Source of the DNA: a virus
Virus record (IMG/VR): IMGVR_UViG_3300016484_000735
Location: 78,418 to 135,176 of that record
DNA length: 56,759 bases
Reading direction: 5' to 3' (one strand)
Shown: piece by piece, positions 55,382 to 56,759 of the stretch
Layout: each line of letters starts with the position of its first letter
Numbering within the stretch: position 1 is the first letter of the stretch
The notes under the pieces: model-generated
The model's database searches: none
Seen by the model: only the letters and a program-made list of their open reading frames with translations
What the model was told of the DNA's origin: nothing
Position numbers and translations under genes: made by a program

Positions 55382-56416
55382 ATGGGAATGGGAATGGAAG
55401 ACACGTCGAGCAAGAAGACGTTCTGGCAACGTCCGGAAGGGACGACCGGGATGCTCACGATCGCCGGTGCGGCCGTTGGTCTGTACTTCGCCTCGCCAGC
55501 GCTGATCGCGTTCGCTGATCGCATGACGAACCTGATCGGTTCGACCATGATGATGGTGACGTACGGCGTCGCCCTGTTCATCCTGCTGAACATCGTGTTC
55601 AACCCGCGAGTGCAGCTCCTGGTGCGATACGGGTTCAAGAGCGCGATGCGCTGGATCACGAAGTGGTTCGTCGAGATCGATCCGATCGGGATCATGAAGA
55701 ACTACATCGAGGACCTGAACTCGAAGCGCGCCACGATGGCCGAGAGCCGTGACAAGCTCAAGGGGCAGATCCGCGTGCTGGAGCGACAGATCCAGTCGAA
55801 CTCCGTCGACTACGAGAACTCGATGGCGAAGGCCCAGGTCGCGAACCGTCAGGGGAATGCCTCGCAGTTCAAGATCGCAGCGAACAACGCCGGCCGCATG
55901 GAGAAGCTGAACAAGGAATCGCTGGTTCCGCTGCTCACTCAGCTTCAACTGCACCTCCGCGCTCTGGACAAGTACTACGAAGTCACGGGTACCGTGATCG
56001 AGGACCTGCGGAACGAGGTGAAGGCCCGTCAGATCGAGCGTGACATGATCCTGGCCTCGCACACCGCGATGAAGGCCGCGAAGGCGATCCTGTCCGGCGG
56101 CTCCGACGCCAAGGAACTGTTCGATCAAGCCATGGAGTTCGTGGTCGAGGACTTCGGCATGAAGATGGGCGAGATCGACAGCTTCATCGAGAACAGCAAG
56201 GGCTTCGTCGAAGGTCTGGACATGCAGAACGGCGTGTACGAGGCCGAGGCCCTGAAGAAGCTGCAGGCCTGGGAAGCGAAGGCCGACAGCATCCTGCTCG
56301 GGAGCGGCAAGGCACAACTGCTGGAGAACACGGCGGCCGCTTCGGTCCTGAACACCGGGATCGGTGCTGCACCGCTCACTCAGACGGTGGATTACTCGAA
56401 CCTGCTGAAGCGATAA
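55382..56416 (+). CDS. Membrane-anchored PspA/ESCRT-III-like coiled-coil protein
   Basis: FW.RPEG, two TMs, DPIGIMK.YI.DL followed by a long coiled coil. Confidence 0.55.
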   Translation: MGMGMEDTSSKKTFWQRPEGTTGMLTIAGAAVGLYFASPALIAFADRMTNLIGSTMMMVTYGVALFILLNIVFNPRVQLLVRYGFKSAMRWITKWFVEIDPIGIMKNYIEDLNSKRATMAESRDKLKGQIRVLERQIQSNSVDYENSMAKAQVANRQGNASQFKIAANNAGRMEKLNKESLVPLLTQLQLHLRALDKYYEVTGTVIEDLRNEVKARQIERDMILASHTAMKAAKAILSGGSDAKELFDQAMEFVVEDFGMKMGEIDSFIENSKGFVEGLDMQNGVYEAEALKKLQAWEAKADSILLGSGKAQLLENTAAASVLNTGIGAAPLTQTVDYSNLLKR

Positions 56417-56485
56417 GCTACATTGCCCGCCGCCAAGAATATGCACTCAGCGGAGAGTAGTGCCTCCATCAACTAGGGAAGTAAG

Positions 56486-56759
56486 ATGTTCAAGAAGTTG
56501 TTTGTTGTTGGAGTTGCTGCGCTCTTGGCAGCCTGTGGTGGCGGTGGTGGCGGTGGTGGCGGTGATGCTGGTACCGGTGGTGGTATGGTTGGGGTTTGGG
56601 TGGACACGAAGTATCCAGACACCGGTAGGATAGTCATCGACACGCGCGGCCAATTCTGGACCCTCTCTGTCGATTCACTGGTGAACCCGACGTATGCTGT
56701 GGTCGGGAACGGGATAATCAGCGATGACGGCACTACAGTCTCGGCGGCTGGGTACAACA
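56486..56759 (+). CDS. Lipoprotein, truncated by the window end (not in the ORF track)
   Basis: MFKKLFVVGVAALLAAC lipobox followed by nine Gly. Confidence 0.75.
   Translation, partial: MFKKLFVVGVAALLAACGGGGGGGGGDAGTGGGMVGVWVDTKYPDTGRIVIDTRGQFWTLSVDSLVNPTYAVVGNGIISDDGTTVSAAGYN

Noticed and set aside
1-56759. Stop-codon reassignment (TAG rarely or never used as a stop)
   Set aside because: Core genes are full length in the standard code, with no in-frame TAG interruptions seen.

Overview
A ~57 kb segment of a large lytic T4-like (Caudoviricetes, probably myovirus) phage genome. It is GC-rich and almost entirely + strand coded. A PEP-CTERM gene and a Gly-linker lipoprotein point to a Gram-negative, probably betaproteobacterial, host (inference). 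Recognisable genes: large terminase; a tail-fibre hub plus three modular fibres with C-terminal S74-type chaperones; gp32, UvsX, UvsY, UvsW; GH108 endolysin; NrdA, NrdB and glutaredoxin; dCMP deaminase; GroES; clamp loader; DNA ligase; RNA-repair enzymes; and a membrane-protein cluster. The most unusual signals: (1) a minimal DnaE-like (family C) polymerase split into two genes 5 kb apart, at the FERF/PDxDxD junction, lacking thumb and PHP; (2) degenerate or truncated copies of morphogenesis proteins (terminase ATPase, gp21-type prohead protease, sheath C-terminal domain) plus a Cys-less IscA, possibly decoys or assembly regulators; (3) a papain-like protease whose propeptide is a separate translationally coupled gene; (4) a 10-copy promoter with paired YGTWACR boxes, 37 bp from the -10 in 9 of 10 copies; (5) a structured intergenic region containing a 32-bp element repeated exactly 30.9 kb away. 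All family calls come from motif recognition by eye; no database searches were run.
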